DNA of 64,000 nt from an uncultured bacterium (GCA_965112635.1 OZ218778.1:1888001-1952000), one strand, 5' to 3'; shown: positions 35,765 through 46,325, numbered from the stretch's first letter. Made by a program: numbers and translations. The notes: a model not told the origin generated them from the sequence alone.

Positions 35765-37075
35765 ATGGTTTTTTTGTATAACCTTGTCCTTTATTTGGCA
35801 GCGATTGTTGCTTTGCCTTTTGTCCTGGTGGGTTTGATTTTTATTCCCCGCTGGCGGGCCGGACTCTGGAAAAGGCTGGGATGGCTGACTTTTGAGCTCA
35901 AAGAAACGGAAAAACCCTGCTTATGGCTGCATGCCGCCTCGCTGGGCGAGGTCAGGGCTGTCAGCCTCCTTGTCGCCGAACTTAAAAAAATGATCCCCCA
36001 GGCCACTTTGGTCATGTCCGCTACCACGGCCAGCGGTTATAAGGAAGCGCTGAAGCTGCAGGGCGTCCCTGCCGGAGTCACCTATCTGCCTTTGGAATTA
36101 AATTTTGTCGTACGCCGGGTGGTCAAAAAACTAAAACCCGCTGTCCTGGTGCTGGTGGAGACCGAACTGTGGCCCAACCTTATCCTGCAGGCCAAGGCGC
36201 GGGGCGCCAAGATTATGGTCGTCAACGGCAGGTTTTCCCAGGAAGCAGCCAAAAGATATATGAAGTTCAAAAAGTTTTTCAAGCTGTTCTGCGGGCCGGT
36301 GGACCTTTGGGCCATGCGCTCGGAAGAGGACAGGCAGTACGCCCTGAACCTGGGAGTGGACCCGGACAGGGTCCAGGTCACGGGCAACATCAAGTTCCAG
36401 CCGGGTGTCAGCGGCCAATGCGCGGGGGCCCCGTTCTACCGCTCCCTTTTTCATGACGCGCCGGTTTTGGCCTGCGGCAGCACACGGCCCGGCGAGGAAG
36501 AGATCATTCTGGAGGCTTTTAGGGAGCTCAAAACCAAATTCCCGGAGTTAAAGCTGGTTTTGGCTCCCCGTCATTTGGAGCGGGTCAGCGAAGTGGCCGC
36601 CTTGTTGGGGAAAAAAGGTTTTGATTTTGAACGCCGCAGTGAGATCAAAGAGCCCCTCTCGAAAGGCGAGACGCTGCACTATTTAAAAGGCGATGTCTTG
36701 CTTCTGGACACCTATGGGGAGCTTTTGGCCGTATACCAGGTGTGCCAGGCGGCTTTTGTGGGGGGCACCCTGTTGCCCTTTGGCGGGCACAATGTCCTGG
36801 AGCCGGCGGCCTGCGGCAAGCCGGTCCTGTTCGGACCCTATACAGACCATTTCCATGATGAAGCCAAGCTGCTGCTGGACCGGGGCGTTGGTTTTTTGGT
36901 CAAGGACGCGGACAGCCTGGCCCTGCAAGCCGGGACTTTGCTGAACGACGCGGGTTTAAAACAGGCGGCGGAAGAAAAAGCCAAGGAAATATTCCAGGAA
37001 AAGCAGGGGATAGTCCAGAAAAACGCCAGGCTTATCGCCCAGTTATGGAAAGAGGCGGTGTTTGAAAAAAAGTGA
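35765..37075 (+). CDS. waaA: 3-deoxy-D-manno-octulosonic acid (Kdo) transferase
   Basis: WLHAASLGE, ETELWPN, VNGR.S, TGNIKF, GST..GEE, APRHLER, GGHNVLEPA. Confidence 0.95.
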   Translation: MVFLYNLVLYLAAIVALPFVLVGLIFIPRWRAGLWKRLGWLTFELKETEKPCLWLHAASLGEVRAVSLLVAELKKMIPQATLVMSATTASGYKEALKLQGVPAGVTYLPLELNFVVRRVVKKLKPAVLVLVETELWPNLILQAKARGAKIMVVNGRFSQEAAKRYMKFKKFFKLFCGPVDLWAMRSEEDRQYALNLGVDPDRVQVTGNIKFQPGVSGQCAGAPFYRSLFHDAPVLACGSTRPGEEEIILEAFRELKTKFPELKLVLAPRHLERVSEVAALLGKKGFDFERRSEIKEPLSKGETLHYLKGDVLLLDTYGELLAVYQVCQAAFVGGTLLPFGGHNVLEPAACGKPVLFGPYTDHFHDEAKLLLDRGVGFLVKDADSLALQAGTLLNDAGLKQAAEEKAKEIFQEKQGIVQKNARLIAQLWKEAVFEKK

Positions 37076-39083
37076 CGGGTCAGCCGCGGCCTTAATACTC
37101 GGGGCGATTTGCTTATGCGTCTATTTCCTCACCCTAGCGCCCACCGTATGCTGGTTCGACTCCGGCGAACTCATCACCAGCGCCGTGACCTTGACCGTGT
37201 CCCACCCGCCGGGAGCTTCTTTATTTAACCTGCTGGCCAAGTTGTTCTCATATTTGCCTTTTGGCACCGTGGCTTTCCGCATCAACCTGTTTTGCGCGGT
37301 CCTGGGAGCGTTGACCATCGCGGTCCTATACCTTTTTTTTAGCGAGGTGGGGCCGATCCCGGCTGCTCTGGCCGGCTGTTTGACTTTTGCTTTTTCCAGG
37401 CAGTTCTGGAACCAGGCCACCTTCACGGACATCTATACCCTCCACCTGCTGCTGGTCTCTTTGTTGTTCCTTTCGCTGGCCAGGTGGGAATCAGGCCGGG
37501 GGCCCCGATGGTTTTATACGGCCAGTTTTACTTTGGGCCTGCTCCTGACCTTGCGGACCCCCATCCTTATTTATGTGCCCAGCGTGCTCATCTTGATGTG
37601 GCCTTTCAGAAAAAAACTCAAAGGCGTTTCCTGGGTCAAAGCCGGGCTGAGTTTTTTGACCGGGTTTTGCTTTTACCTTTATGTGCCCCTGCGGATGTAC
37701 GCCGCACCTGACCTCAACAGCGGAAGTCTCCACAATATGAAAGAAGCGCTTCTTTATTTTACGGCGGCGGGTTACAAGAGATGGCTGTTCAACCTGCCCT
37801 TGAAGGCTCTGGCAGAGCAAGCGTGGTTTTTTGGGAACGGCCTGACCAGGCAGTTCACCCTGGTCGGGGTCGGGCTGGGGTTGTGGGGCATGACTGTGCT
37901 TTTCCGGAAGAGGAAAAAATATTGGTTCTGGCTTGCGGCCATCTTTCTCATAGACGCGCTTTTTTATATGCAGGTTTACCCTTCGCAGAACAGAGTAGAG
38001 CATTTTTATTTTGTGTCCTTTTTGGTCTTTTCCCTGTGGATAGGTTTGGGGCTCTGGGACCTGGGTAGCCGCCTGAGACCTTTTGTTCCCATTGCCGGGG
38101 TGGGGTTATGCGTGGCTTTCCCCCTTTGCCTGCTGGTGCTGAATTGGCCCAAGGTGGACAAGCATGATTTTTACCAGGCCAGGGATTATGCCCGGAACGT
38201 GTTCAGCGTCTGCGGACCCGATGCCCTGCTGGTCACGGATTTTGACAATGAATATCACGCCCTGAAATACCTCAAGTATGTCGAAGGCCAAAGACCTGAC
38301 ATTGAACTTATCCATACCGGCCTTTTTGAAATGCAGCGCCATATTCCCTGGGAAACGGAATTATCAAAAGCCGGAGGGAGACCGGTTTATTTCACTTATT
38401 ATGCGGACTGGCTGGTCGGGGAGGGCTATCAATTCGTTCCTTGCGGTCCAGTCTGGCAGTTGGAGGGGAAAAGCAGGATACAGGAAAGCTCAGCCGGTCT
38501 GCCCCGGGGGGGCAGGATCCAGGCGGACAAAAATTCAAAACTGGCAGGCCTTCTGACGCGGGACGTGGATTGGCGGCCCGGACAGACCAGCCAGGTAGAG
38601 TTGTTTTGGCGCCGGCCCACCAAAGACGACCTGCCGTTCGCCTGTGTGTTCGTGCTGACCGACTCCCAGGGCCATTGGCTGGATGAAAAGGGTGAGCCGT
38701 ATTTTATCCATATCCACTCTCCCCTTTACGACCGTTATCCGGTCGGACTGTGGAAGCAGGGAAGGTTTTATAAAGAAAAATTCGGCTGGGTGGCCCGATG
38801 GGACCTGAAGCCCGGAGCCTATGAGCTTTGGGAAGGGGAACAGCCTTCTCAAGAGCTTTTGGACAGATTGGAAACCGCCAGCCCTGATGTGCCGGCCTTT
38901 GATAATTATGATAAAGACAACCCCGAAATGTTAAAATACAATTTCAGCCAAGGAGGCTGGGAACGGGGGCATACCCCGGACCAGATCAAGGCCGGCGTCG
39001 GGGATTGGGTCCAAAGCTCTTTGGCGGCCAACAGCCTGACCAAGGTCAGGACCATCAATGTCAGCAAAGGAGAAAAGGATTGA
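37062..39083 (+). CDS. DUF2723-family (TMEM260-like) GT-C membrane glycosyltransferase
   Basis: Y.LTLAPTV.W.DSGEL......L.VSHPPG..L..L; FW.QA...DIY.L; YLYVPLR. Confidence 0.8.
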   Translation: MKKSDGSAAALILGAICLCVYFLTLAPTVCWFDSGELITSAVTLTVSHPPGASLFNLLAKLFSYLPFGTVAFRINLFCAVLGALTIAVLYLFFSEVGPIPAALAGCLTFAFSRQFWNQATFTDIYTLHLLLVSLLFLSLARWESGRGPRWFYTASFTLGLLLTLRTPILIYVPSVLILMWPFRKKLKGVSWVKAGLSFLTGFCFYLYVPLRMYAAPDLNSGSLHNMKEALLYFTAAGYKRWLFNLPLKALAEQAWFFGNGLTRQFTLVGVGLGLWGMTVLFRKRKKYWFWLAAIFLIDALFYMQVYPSQNRVEHFYFVSFLVFSLWIGLGLWDLGSRLRPFVPIAGVGLCVAFPLCLLVLNWPKVDKHDFYQARDYARNVFSVCGPDALLVTDFDNEYHALKYLKYVEGQRPDIELIHTGLFEMQRHIPWETELSKAGGRPVYFTYYADWLVGEGYQFVPCGPVWQLEGKSRIQESSAGLPRGGRIQADKNSKLAGLLTRDVDWRPGQTSQVELFWRRPTKDDLPFACVFVLTDSQGHWLDEKGEPYFIHIHSPLYDRYPVGLWKQGRFYKEKFGWVARWDLKPGAYELWEGEQPSQELLDRLETASPDVPAFDNYDKDNPEMLKYNFSQGGWERGHTPDQIKAGVGDWVQSSLAANSLTKVRTINVSKGEKD

Positions 39084-39970
39084 GCAATTCAAAATGCCGG
39101 GTCAGCGTAGTGATCCCTGTTTATAATGAAAAGGACGGGCTCAAGCCGGTCCTGGAAGGATTGCGGAAAACCCTCGCCAAGGTGAGCCACGAGATCATCG
39201 TGGTCGACGACGGCTCGCAGGACCAGACCAGCCTGGCTGTTGCAGGGAACAAGGGAATCACCCTTTTACGCCACCCCTATAACAAAGGATACGGCGCGGC
39301 GCTCAAGACAGGCATCCGGGCCAGCCGGGGAGAATGGATCCTCATCATCGACGGGGATAACACCTACCCGGTGCGGGCCATCCCCAGGATGCTGGAGATG
39401 ACCAAAGAATACGACATGGTCGTGGCAGGGCGGACGCAGGAAAAACCGCCCAGTCTGTTCCTCAGGAATTTCGCCAAATTTTTCCTGGTCAAGCTGGCCC
39501 AGTTCCTGACCGGACGGAAGATACCCGACCTGAATTCGGGGCTCAGGTTGTTCAGGAAACGGGCCAGCCTGCCCTTTTTCAGCATCCTGCCCTCGGGGTT
39601 TTCCTTTACCACCACCATCACCCTGGCTTACCTGACCCACGAATTGACCGTCGGTTATTTGCCGGTGGATTACCGGGAGAGGGTCGGCCGGTCCAAGATC
39701 AGGCCGATCAGGGACACTTTTAACTTTATATTGCTCATCGCCCGGACGGTCATGTATTTCAACCCGCTCAAGATCTTCATGGCGGTCAGCCTGGTCCTGA
39801 TGGTTTTGGGTCTGGCTGAAGCCTGTTTTTACCTCACGGTTAGCCACTCCATCAGCAAATCAACAGTTCTGCTCCTGCTGTCCAGCATCCTGGTGGGCAT
39901 GCTCGGCCTCCTGGCCGACCTGATCATCAAACGGCTGCCTTTGCTGGATGAGGACAAGGCCGGCCGCTGA
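39080..39970 (+). CDS. GT2 glycosyltransferase, DPM1-like (polyprenol-phosphate glycosyltransferase)
   Basis: SVVIPVYNE, VVDDGS.D, NKGYGAALK.G, DGD.TY, DLNSGLR, two C-terminal TM helices. Confidence 0.88.
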   Translation: MSNSKCRVSVVIPVYNEKDGLKPVLEGLRKTLAKVSHEIIVVDDGSQDQTSLAVAGNKGITLLRHPYNKGYGAALKTGIRASRGEWILIIDGDNTYPVRAIPRMLEMTKEYDMVVAGRTQEKPPSLFLRNFAKFFLVKLAQFLTGRKIPDLNSGLRLFRKRASLPFFSILPSGFSFTTTITLAYLTHELTVGYLPVDYRERVGRSKIRPIRDTFNFILLIARTVMYFNPLKIFMAVSLVLMVLGLAEACFYLTVSHSISKSTVLLLLSSILVGMLGLLADLIIKRLPLLDEDKAGR

Positions 39971-41391
39971 TGAAAGTCCTTTTCATCAATCCAGCCACAG
40001 CCCAGCGCATTTCCACCAACCTCCCGACCCTGGTGGAACAGGAACGCGGGGTCCTTCCATCCCTTGGCCTGATGTATGTGGCCGCGGCCACGGAAAAATA
40101 CACAGAACACCAAGTCGAGTTTCTGGACATGCAGGTCGAGGATATGACCTATGCCTGGCTGGAAGAGGAATTAAAGAAGCGGAAACCCGACGTGGTGGCG
40201 ACCCAGGCCATCACCTTCACCCTTTTGGACGCCCTGCAGGTATGCCGGACCGTCAAAAAGGTCAATCCGGATATTTTGGTCGTGCTCGGCGGTCCGCATG
40301 TATTTATCTACCCGGAGGAGACCATACGGCAGGACTGCGTGGATTTTTTGGTCCTAGGAGAAGCGGAGCTGTACTTTCCCAAACTGTTGGAGGCTTTGCG
40401 CGACGAGAAAAAACTGCAGCAGGTCCAGGGAATTGTTTTCAAGAAGAAGAACGGGGAGGTGGTGCAGACCCCCCACCACGGCTTTATCCAGAACCTGGAC
40501 GAGATACCTTTCCCGGCCAGGCATTTGACCCCTTATAAAAAATATTACTCCCTGATCGCCAAAAGGGCGCCGGTCACGACCATGATCACCAGCCGGGGCT
40601 GCCCTTACCGCTGCACTTTTTGCATGAGGCCCCATTTGGGCAAACTATTCCGGGCGCATTCGCCCCAATACGTGGTGGAGGAGTTGAAAGCCTGCCTGCA
40701 AATGGGCATCAAAGAATTCATGATCTACGACGACACCTTTACCATCGATAAAAAAAGGGTGGAAGGGATATGCGACCTTATCCTCAAGGAAGGGCTGGAA
40801 AAAGAGATCGGATGGGATGTGCGGGCCAGGGTCAATACCGTGGATGAAGCGCTGCTTAAAAAAATGCGGCAGGCGGGATGCGAGCGGATACATTTCGGGA
40901 TAGAAAGCGGGGACCCGGCTATCCTGAAAGTCCTGCAAAAAGATATTACGGTCGACCAAACCCGCAACGCTTTCCGATGGGCCAAGGAGGCCGGCATCTC
41001 GACCTTGGGATACTTCATGATCGGCAACCCCACCGAGACAGCCGAACAGATCCAGCGCTCTATTGATTTCGCCCTGGAACTGGAGCCTGATTACGTGCAT
41101 TTTTCCGTGACCACCCCTTTCCCGGCCACGCCGCTTTATGAGTACGGGCTGAAAAAAGGGGTGTTTAAAATGGATTTTTGGAAGGAATTCGCTCAAAATC
41201 CGCAGCCGGGTTTTATGCCCCAATTATGGGAAGAGGTGCTGACCCGCGACCAGCTTTTGCATTATCTCCGCAAAGCCTACAAGTCTTTTTATGTCCGGCC
41301 CAAATACATCCTGGCCAGGCTCAAAGATACGGGCTCCCTCCTGCAGTTGTGGCGCCGGTTCAAAGCCGGGCTCAAGCTCATAAGGGCTTAA
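39970..41391 (+). CDS. Cobalamin-binding radical SAM protein
   Basis: PSLGLMYVAA, GGPH, GEAE, TSRGCPYRCTFC (CxxxCxxC), GIESG, FMIG.P.ET. Confidence 0.92.
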   Translation: MKVLFINPATAQRISTNLPTLVEQERGVLPSLGLMYVAAATEKYTEHQVEFLDMQVEDMTYAWLEEELKKRKPDVVATQAITFTLLDALQVCRTVKKVNPDILVVLGGPHVFIYPEETIRQDCVDFLVLGEAELYFPKLLEALRDEKKLQQVQGIVFKKKNGEVVQTPHHGFIQNLDEIPFPARHLTPYKKYYSLIAKRAPVTTMITSRGCPYRCTFCMRPHLGKLFRAHSPQYVVEELKACLQMGIKEFMIYDDTFTIDKKRVEGICDLILKEGLEKEIGWDVRARVNTVDEALLKKMRQAGCERIHFGIESGDPAILKVLQKDITVDQTRNAFRWAKEAGISTLGYFMIGNPTETAEQIQRSIDFALELEPDYVHFSVTTPFPATPLYEYGLKKGVFKMDFWKEFAQNPQPGFMPQLWEEVLTRDQLLHYLRKAYKSFYVRPKYILARLKDTGSLLQLWRRFKAGLKLIRA

Positions 41392-41394
41392 AAG

Positions 41395-42885
41395 ATGAAA
41401 GCCCGCAAAAGCGCCAATCCCAAATCCCATGACGGCCAAGCACTTGGGCCTTTGGCCGGTCTGGCGGTTATTTTTGCCCTGAGCCGCCTGCTATTTTTTT
41501 TGGCGGGAGTCCGCTTCGATGCCTCAGGCCTCAATAACCTCGCGCAATTCATTGACCCGGCTTTGCTGAAAAATAACCTATGGCAAAGTCTTTTTTACCT
41601 GCACAGCCAGCCTCCGCTTTACAACCTTTTCCTGGGTGTGGTCCTGCAGATTTTTCCGGGACATGAGACCGCAGCTTTCTATATTTTTTCTTTATTGACC
41701 GGGTTGGCGTTTTACCTTGCCTTATATCTTTTGATCAAAAGGCTCGAAGTGCCCGGGCCGATAAGCTGGGGCCTGACAGTTATTTTTATGGTCAGCCCGG
41801 CCAGCATCCTTTACGAGAACTGGCTTTTTTATACTTATCCTCTGGCCATGGTGCTTTGTTCGTCCGCTTATTTCCTGCACCGGTTCCTCAGCACCAAAAA
41901 ACTGAGACACGGAGCGATCTTTTTTTCATTGCTGGCAGTCCTGGCGTTGGTCCACAGTATGTTCCACCTGCTCTGGTTCGTCCTTGTCGGGGGTGTGCTT
42001 CTATGTTATTTCCCGGAAAAAAAGAAGGTGCTCCTTGCCTGCAGCGTGCCTTTCCTGATCATCCTGGCCTTGTATATCAAAAACTTTCTAGTCTTCGGGA
42101 GCTTCACTTCCAGTTCCTGGCTGGGGATGAACCTGTCCAGAGAAACGACCTTTATGATGCCTTTTCAGGAACGGAAGAGTTTGGCCGAGCGAGGGGAACT
42201 GTCGGTTTTTAGCCTGGTCCCAGCGTTCCCTCCGCTGGGGTTCTATGAAAACGAATGTCAGCCTCTCACTTCCACGGGCGTTGCCGTGTTGGACCAGAAG
42301 GTCAATTCCACAGGAGGTTACAACTTCAACCACGCGGAATATTTGGAAGCCTCCAAGATCTATTTCCGTGACGCCCTGTGGGTCATGAGCCGGCACCCGG
42401 AAGCTTATGGCAGGGGGATGGCGCATTCTTTCCTGTTCTATTTTTTACCCGCGAGCAATTACCACCGCCTTGACGGGAACCGCGAAAAGATCCGGGGCTG
42501 GGATGACGCCTTTAATTTCCTTTTCCAAGGCAGGGTGGCTGACCCTATGGCACCGGCCGCAGAAAGGGAAGCCATGAAGCAGTTGTATGTCCCGCCTTTT
42601 TGGAACATGAGCTTGCTCCTGGTCTGCGGGTTTCCTTTTTTGGCCTTGTTCGGCCTATGGCTGGCTTCAAAATCCCTGGAAAAAGCCCGGAAAAACCTTG
42701 CTTTTAGCCTAACTCTTCTCTTTGTGTGGTTTAATATCCTGTATGTGACCCTGGTGGGAAACTCCCTGGAAGTGGGCGAGAACAACCGGTTCCGTTTCAT
42801 TATAGATCCGCTTTATGTCGTGTTGCTGGCCCTGTTCCTCAAGATGGTTTGGGAAAAAATGACAAGGAGGTTTGCGAAAAAATGA
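41395..42885 (+). CDS. Polytopic membrane protein, probable GT-C fold
   Basis: About 11 hydrophobic segments, HSQPPLYN loop, ENNRFR near the C-terminus; lies within the glycosylation operon. Confidence 0.55.
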   Translation: MKARKSANPKSHDGQALGPLAGLAVIFALSRLLFFLAGVRFDASGLNNLAQFIDPALLKNNLWQSLFYLHSQPPLYNLFLGVVLQIFPGHETAAFYIFSLLTGLAFYLALYLLIKRLEVPGPISWGLTVIFMVSPASILYENWLFYTYPLAMVLCSSAYFLHRFLSTKKLRHGAIFFSLLAVLALVHSMFHLLWFVLVGGVLLCYFPEKKKVLLACSVPFLIILALYIKNFLVFGSFTSSSWLGMNLSRETTFMMPFQERKSLAERGELSVFSLVPAFPPLGFYENECQPLTSTGVAVLDQKVNSTGGYNFNHAEYLEASKIYFRDALWVMSRHPEAYGRGMAHSFLFYFLPASNYHRLDGNREKIRGWDDAFNFLFQGRVADPMAPAAEREAMKQLYVPPFWNMSLLLVCGFPFLALFGLWLASKSLEKARKNLAFSLTLLFVWFNILYVTLVGNSLEVGENNRFRFIIDPLYVVLLALFLKMVWEKMTRRFAKK

Positions 42886-44255
42886 ACCTGTGGCTAATCT
42901 TTTTATTGACCCTGGCCAGCCGTTTGGTTTTCATCCACTTTAACGCAGCCGAGCACACGGACGCTATCTGGCAGATGACCCTGTTCCAGAACAGCACTGA
43001 CCTTTACCTGCCCCTTTATCCCGCCGTGATCTGGTGTGTGAACCTGGTCTGCCACAACCTGGAGCTGGCGGGGAAGCTTGTCTCCATGCTGGCAGGAGCA
43101 TTGCTGGTCCTGCCGCTTTACAAAATTACGGAAAGGGTGTTTTCCAAAAGCGCGGCCCTGGCGGTCCTGGGCCTCTACCTTTTGTCCCCGGAATTTATCC
43201 GCTGGGATGTTCGCATATCCGGCGACAGCCTGTTCGTTTTCTTTTTCCTGTGGGGTTTGGGGACTTGGCTTCATTTTTACCACAACAGGGACAAGGGGAG
43301 CCTGGGGTCCCTTATTTTTGTCGCGGGCCTGGCCAGTCTGACCAGGTTTGAGGGGATGAGTTTCCTGGGCCTGATCCTTCTGGCCCTGGTCCTTTATATC
43401 AAGGAGCGGAAAAAGGAAAAAGCTTCGCTCCCGTTCGCCTTGTCCTTCCTGCCCTGGCTGCTGCTTTATTTCTGGGTGCACCTCAGGGGGTTTGCTTTTG
43501 GCGGCTGGTATGAGTTGGGGTGGGGCTGGGGAAATCTATACGCTTTGCAGCAGCTCGCCCGTTATATGGGCGGCATCCTCGTGGTCCTGACCCTGCCGGT
43601 GTTTTTCCTGGCGTGTTACGGCCTGGGCCAGAGCCTCAAGGAGGGGAATAAAACTCAGAGAGTCCTGGTGTGGTCCTTTTTCTATTTTTTGTTGCTGTGG
43701 GCGGTCAGCCGCGCGTATATGATCGTTTTTACCACCAGGTATTTCTTGCCCATCCTAGCCGTCCTGCTCATTTTTGCCGGAGCGGGCCTGGCCAGCTTCA
43801 AGCTCAGGGCCAAAACCACGCTCCTTTGCCTGTGCCTAGTCTTTAACCTGGTCTTCACCGTCGTGTTCATGTGGTCGGAAAAAGATTTTTTTGGGGACAT
43901 CAAACGCAGCGCGGTGTTCATCAAAGACAATCTGCCCAAAGCGGTGGTGGCGTCCGACGAGCAGGTCAAAGTGCCTTTTTGGATGGGACGGCCGGTCGCC
44001 AGCCTGGACGGCCCGGTCCTAACCAAAGGAACGACCCATGTGGTACTGCATAGCTACTACAGCGACTTGACCAAGGCCGTGAGCCTGCTCCAGCAACATT
44101 ACCGGCTCAAGGTGGTGGATAGGGAAATTTCACAGGTCTGCCTTCTGCTGCCTGACTTCTATGTTTACAGCGAGCCCGCTCCCATCCCCAGCCTCACCAC
44201 CCGCAACCTTTACAAAGGGTTCGAAAGCGTGGTCCTGGAGGTCAGGGCTAAATAG
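42882..44255 (+). CDS. ArnT/PMT_2-like GT-C glycosyltransferase
   Basis: D in first loop, PLYP, G.LVS.LAG, LTRFEG, RYFLP. Confidence 0.75.
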   Translation: MNLWLIFLLTLASRLVFIHFNAAEHTDAIWQMTLFQNSTDLYLPLYPAVIWCVNLVCHNLELAGKLVSMLAGALLVLPLYKITERVFSKSAALAVLGLYLLSPEFIRWDVRISGDSLFVFFFLWGLGTWLHFYHNRDKGSLGSLIFVAGLASLTRFEGMSFLGLILLALVLYIKERKKEKASLPFALSFLPWLLLYFWVHLRGFAFGGWYELGWGWGNLYALQQLARYMGGILVVLTLPVFFLACYGLGQSLKEGNKTQRVLVWSFFYFLLLWAVSRAYMIVFTTRYFLPILAVLLIFAGAGLASFKLRAKTTLLCLCLVFNLVFTVVFMWSEKDFFGDIKRSAVFIKDNLPKAVVASDEQVKVPFWMGRPVASLDGPVLTKGTTHVVLHSYYSDLTKAVSLLQQHYRLKVVDREISQVCLLLPDFYVYSEPAPIPSLTTRNLYKGFESVVLEVRAK

Positions 44256-44323
44256 GGATTTGATGGATATTTCTGATAGAATTGGACGCTAGTTACTAAA
44301 TCATTCCTGAGAAAAGAGAAGCG

Positions 44324-45301
44324 TTGATCAAAAAGATCTTTTCCTGGCAGAATCTATTAAGATACCTTCCGTTATTGCTTTTCGTTTATATCCTGTGGAG
44401 GGTAGACCTAAAGAAGACATGGGATATTCTCAAAGAGACGGACCTTTGGCAGTTAGGTTTGGGGTTTTTGTTCCTTTACCCGTTGGTCTTATGCAAATCC
44501 TGGCGCTGGCAGTACCTTTTAAAGATGCAAAACATCGCTTTCCCGCTGAATTCCGCTTTCCGTGGTTATCTGGCCAGCATTTTACTCGGGAATTTTACCC
44601 CTGCCAGGGCAGGGGATTTCGCGAGGATCTTCTATCTTAAACAGGAAAGGTCCGTGTCTTTTGGGAAAGGGTTTTCCAGCGTTCTCGTGGACCGTTTGCT
44701 GGACCTCGGGGTCCTGATGCTGCTGGGCGCCCTGGGTGTGGTGATCTTTTCCATGAGCAAAGAGATCTTCATCCTGGTTGCCGCGGCTTTCGCGGCGCTC
44801 GGGGGGGTGGCCGTGGTCATGCTCAGCAGGCGCCTGTCCAAGCCTTTTTTCAACCTGGTCTTTAAGAAGACGCCCTTAAAAAGGTTCCAGCACGGCGCCA
44901 TGGCGCATTATGACAGTTTTTTTGAGGGGATACAGGACTTCAAGAAATTGAAACTGATCATACCCGTTTTGCTCTCTTTTCTTTCCTATGTTTTCTTTTT
45001 CGGGACCTGCTATTGCCTTGCCCTGTCACTGAGATTCCCGATAAGCCTGTCTTACGTGGTTCTGACCAATACCATTTGCAACGTGGTCTCCGTATTGCCC
45101 GTCTCCGTGGCCGGGGTAGGCACCTGCGACGCCTGCCTTATCGGTCTTTTTAAAGCGATCCACCTGGGCGCCTCAGAAGCCATGGCCTACCGCTTTTTAC
45201 TTTTCTTCGTTTTCCAGATCGTCCTGAGCCTGTGGGGCGGGTTGACCCTGCTCAGGCATCCCCTTCCTCTGGACTGGAAAAAGAAAGTAGGCGAGGAGTG
45301 A
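44324..45301 (+). CDS. Lysylphosphatidylglycerol-synthase-TM (YbhN/AglD2-like) flippase-like protein
   Basis: RWQYLL, GNFTPARAGD..R, VDRLLD, P.S.AGVG..D. Confidence 0.8.
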   Translation: MIKKIFSWQNLLRYLPLLLFVYILWRVDLKKTWDILKETDLWQLGLGFLFLYPLVLCKSWRWQYLLKMQNIAFPLNSAFRGYLASILLGNFTPARAGDFARIFYLKQERSVSFGKGFSSVLVDRLLDLGVLMLLGALGVVIFSMSKEIFILVAAAFAALGGVAVVMLSRRLSKPFFNLVFKKTPLKRFQHGAMAHYDSFFEGIQDFKKLKLIIPVLLSFLSYVFFFGTCYCLALSLRFPISLSYVVLTNTICNVVSVLPVSVAGVGTCDACLIGLFKAIHLGASEAMAYRFLLFFVFQIVLSLWGGLTLLRHPLPLDWKKKVGEE

Positions 45302-46308
45302 TCCCCTACGCCGTTGGTTTTGTCCTGGCGTTGTGCCTCAACTTCATCCTGACCCCGTTGGCCAAGCGGCTGGCCTTTGCCCTGGGTTTCGTGGACCATC
45401 CCGACAAGAAGCTCAAAGACCACCACAAGCCCACCCCCTATCTCGGCGGGGCAAGCCTGTTCGTCTCCTATGGGTTGAGCGTTTTGGCCGTGAAGCTTTA
45501 TTTTTTCCACACCATCTTCGGGGTCATCGGGATCCTGAGCGGGGGGTTCATCGTCCTGCTGCTGGGCCTGGCGGATGACTGGATGGTCTTTTCTCCTTCC
45601 GTCAAATTTTTCGGCCAGGCCGTGGCCGCGGTCGTCCTCCTCATCTGCTCCATCCACATCCGGTTCATCACGCTGGGCTGGCTCAGCGCCCTTGTGACCG
45701 TCCTGTGGGTGGTCGGGGTGACCAATGCCTTTAACCTCATCGATATCATGGACGGGCTGGCCGGAGGGGTCAGCCTCATCGCTGCCCTGACCTTTTTGGC
45801 GATCGCTTCGGAGACCCTGAAGCTCAACGACATGATCCTGTGCGCCTGTTTGGCCGGAGCCCTGATACCCTTTTTATGGCAGAACTTTTTCCCGGCCAAG
45901 ATCTTCATGGGCGACGCCGGGGCCCTCTTGCTGGGGTTCACCCTGGCCAGCGTCAGTATCGGCGAAAGTTATTCTCGGTTCAATGAAGTGGCGCTCATCT
46001 GCCCCCTGCTCATCCTGGCGGTGCCCTTGTTCGACACTTTTCTGGTCATGGGGATACGGCTGGCCCGCAAGACCTCACCGTTCCGCGGAAGCCACGACCA
46101 CCTGGCCCACCGCCTATGCCAGGCTGGTCTCAAACCCAAGCAGGCTGTGCTGACCCTGTATGCCAGCGCTGTAGTTTTGGGCCTGCTGGCCTTCCTGAGC
46201 ATCCATCTGCCCCTTCAGCTCGTCTATTTGATGTACGCCGTGCTCGGCTTGTTCGTGATCATCTTCGCGGTTTGGGTCTCCAGCATCAAGATGCCTCAAA
46301 CCAAGTGA
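45298..46308 (+). CDS. MraY/WecA-family undecaprenyl-phosphate sugar-1-phosphate transferase
   Basis: H..PTPYLGG, GLADD, NAFNLID.MDGLA, PAKIFMGDAG, HL.HRL. GTG start overlaps the previous stop. Confidence 0.9.
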   Translation: MIPYAVGFVLALCLNFILTPLAKRLAFALGFVDHPDKKLKDHHKPTPYLGGASLFVSYGLSVLAVKLYFFHTIFGVIGILSGGFIVLLLGLADDWMVFSPSVKFFGQAVAAVVLLICSIHIRFITLGWLSALVTVLWVVGVTNAFNLIDIMDGLAGGVSLIAALTFLAIASETLKLNDMILCACLAGALIPFLWQNFFPAKIFMGDAGALLLGFTLASVSIGESYSRFNEVALICPLLILAVPLFDTFLVMGIRLARKTSPFRGSHDHLAHRLCQAGLKPKQAVLTLYASAVVLGLLAFLSIHLPLQLVYLMYAVLGLFVIIFAVWVSSIKMPQTK

Positions 46309-46325
46309 GGAGGGGAGGCTTGAGA

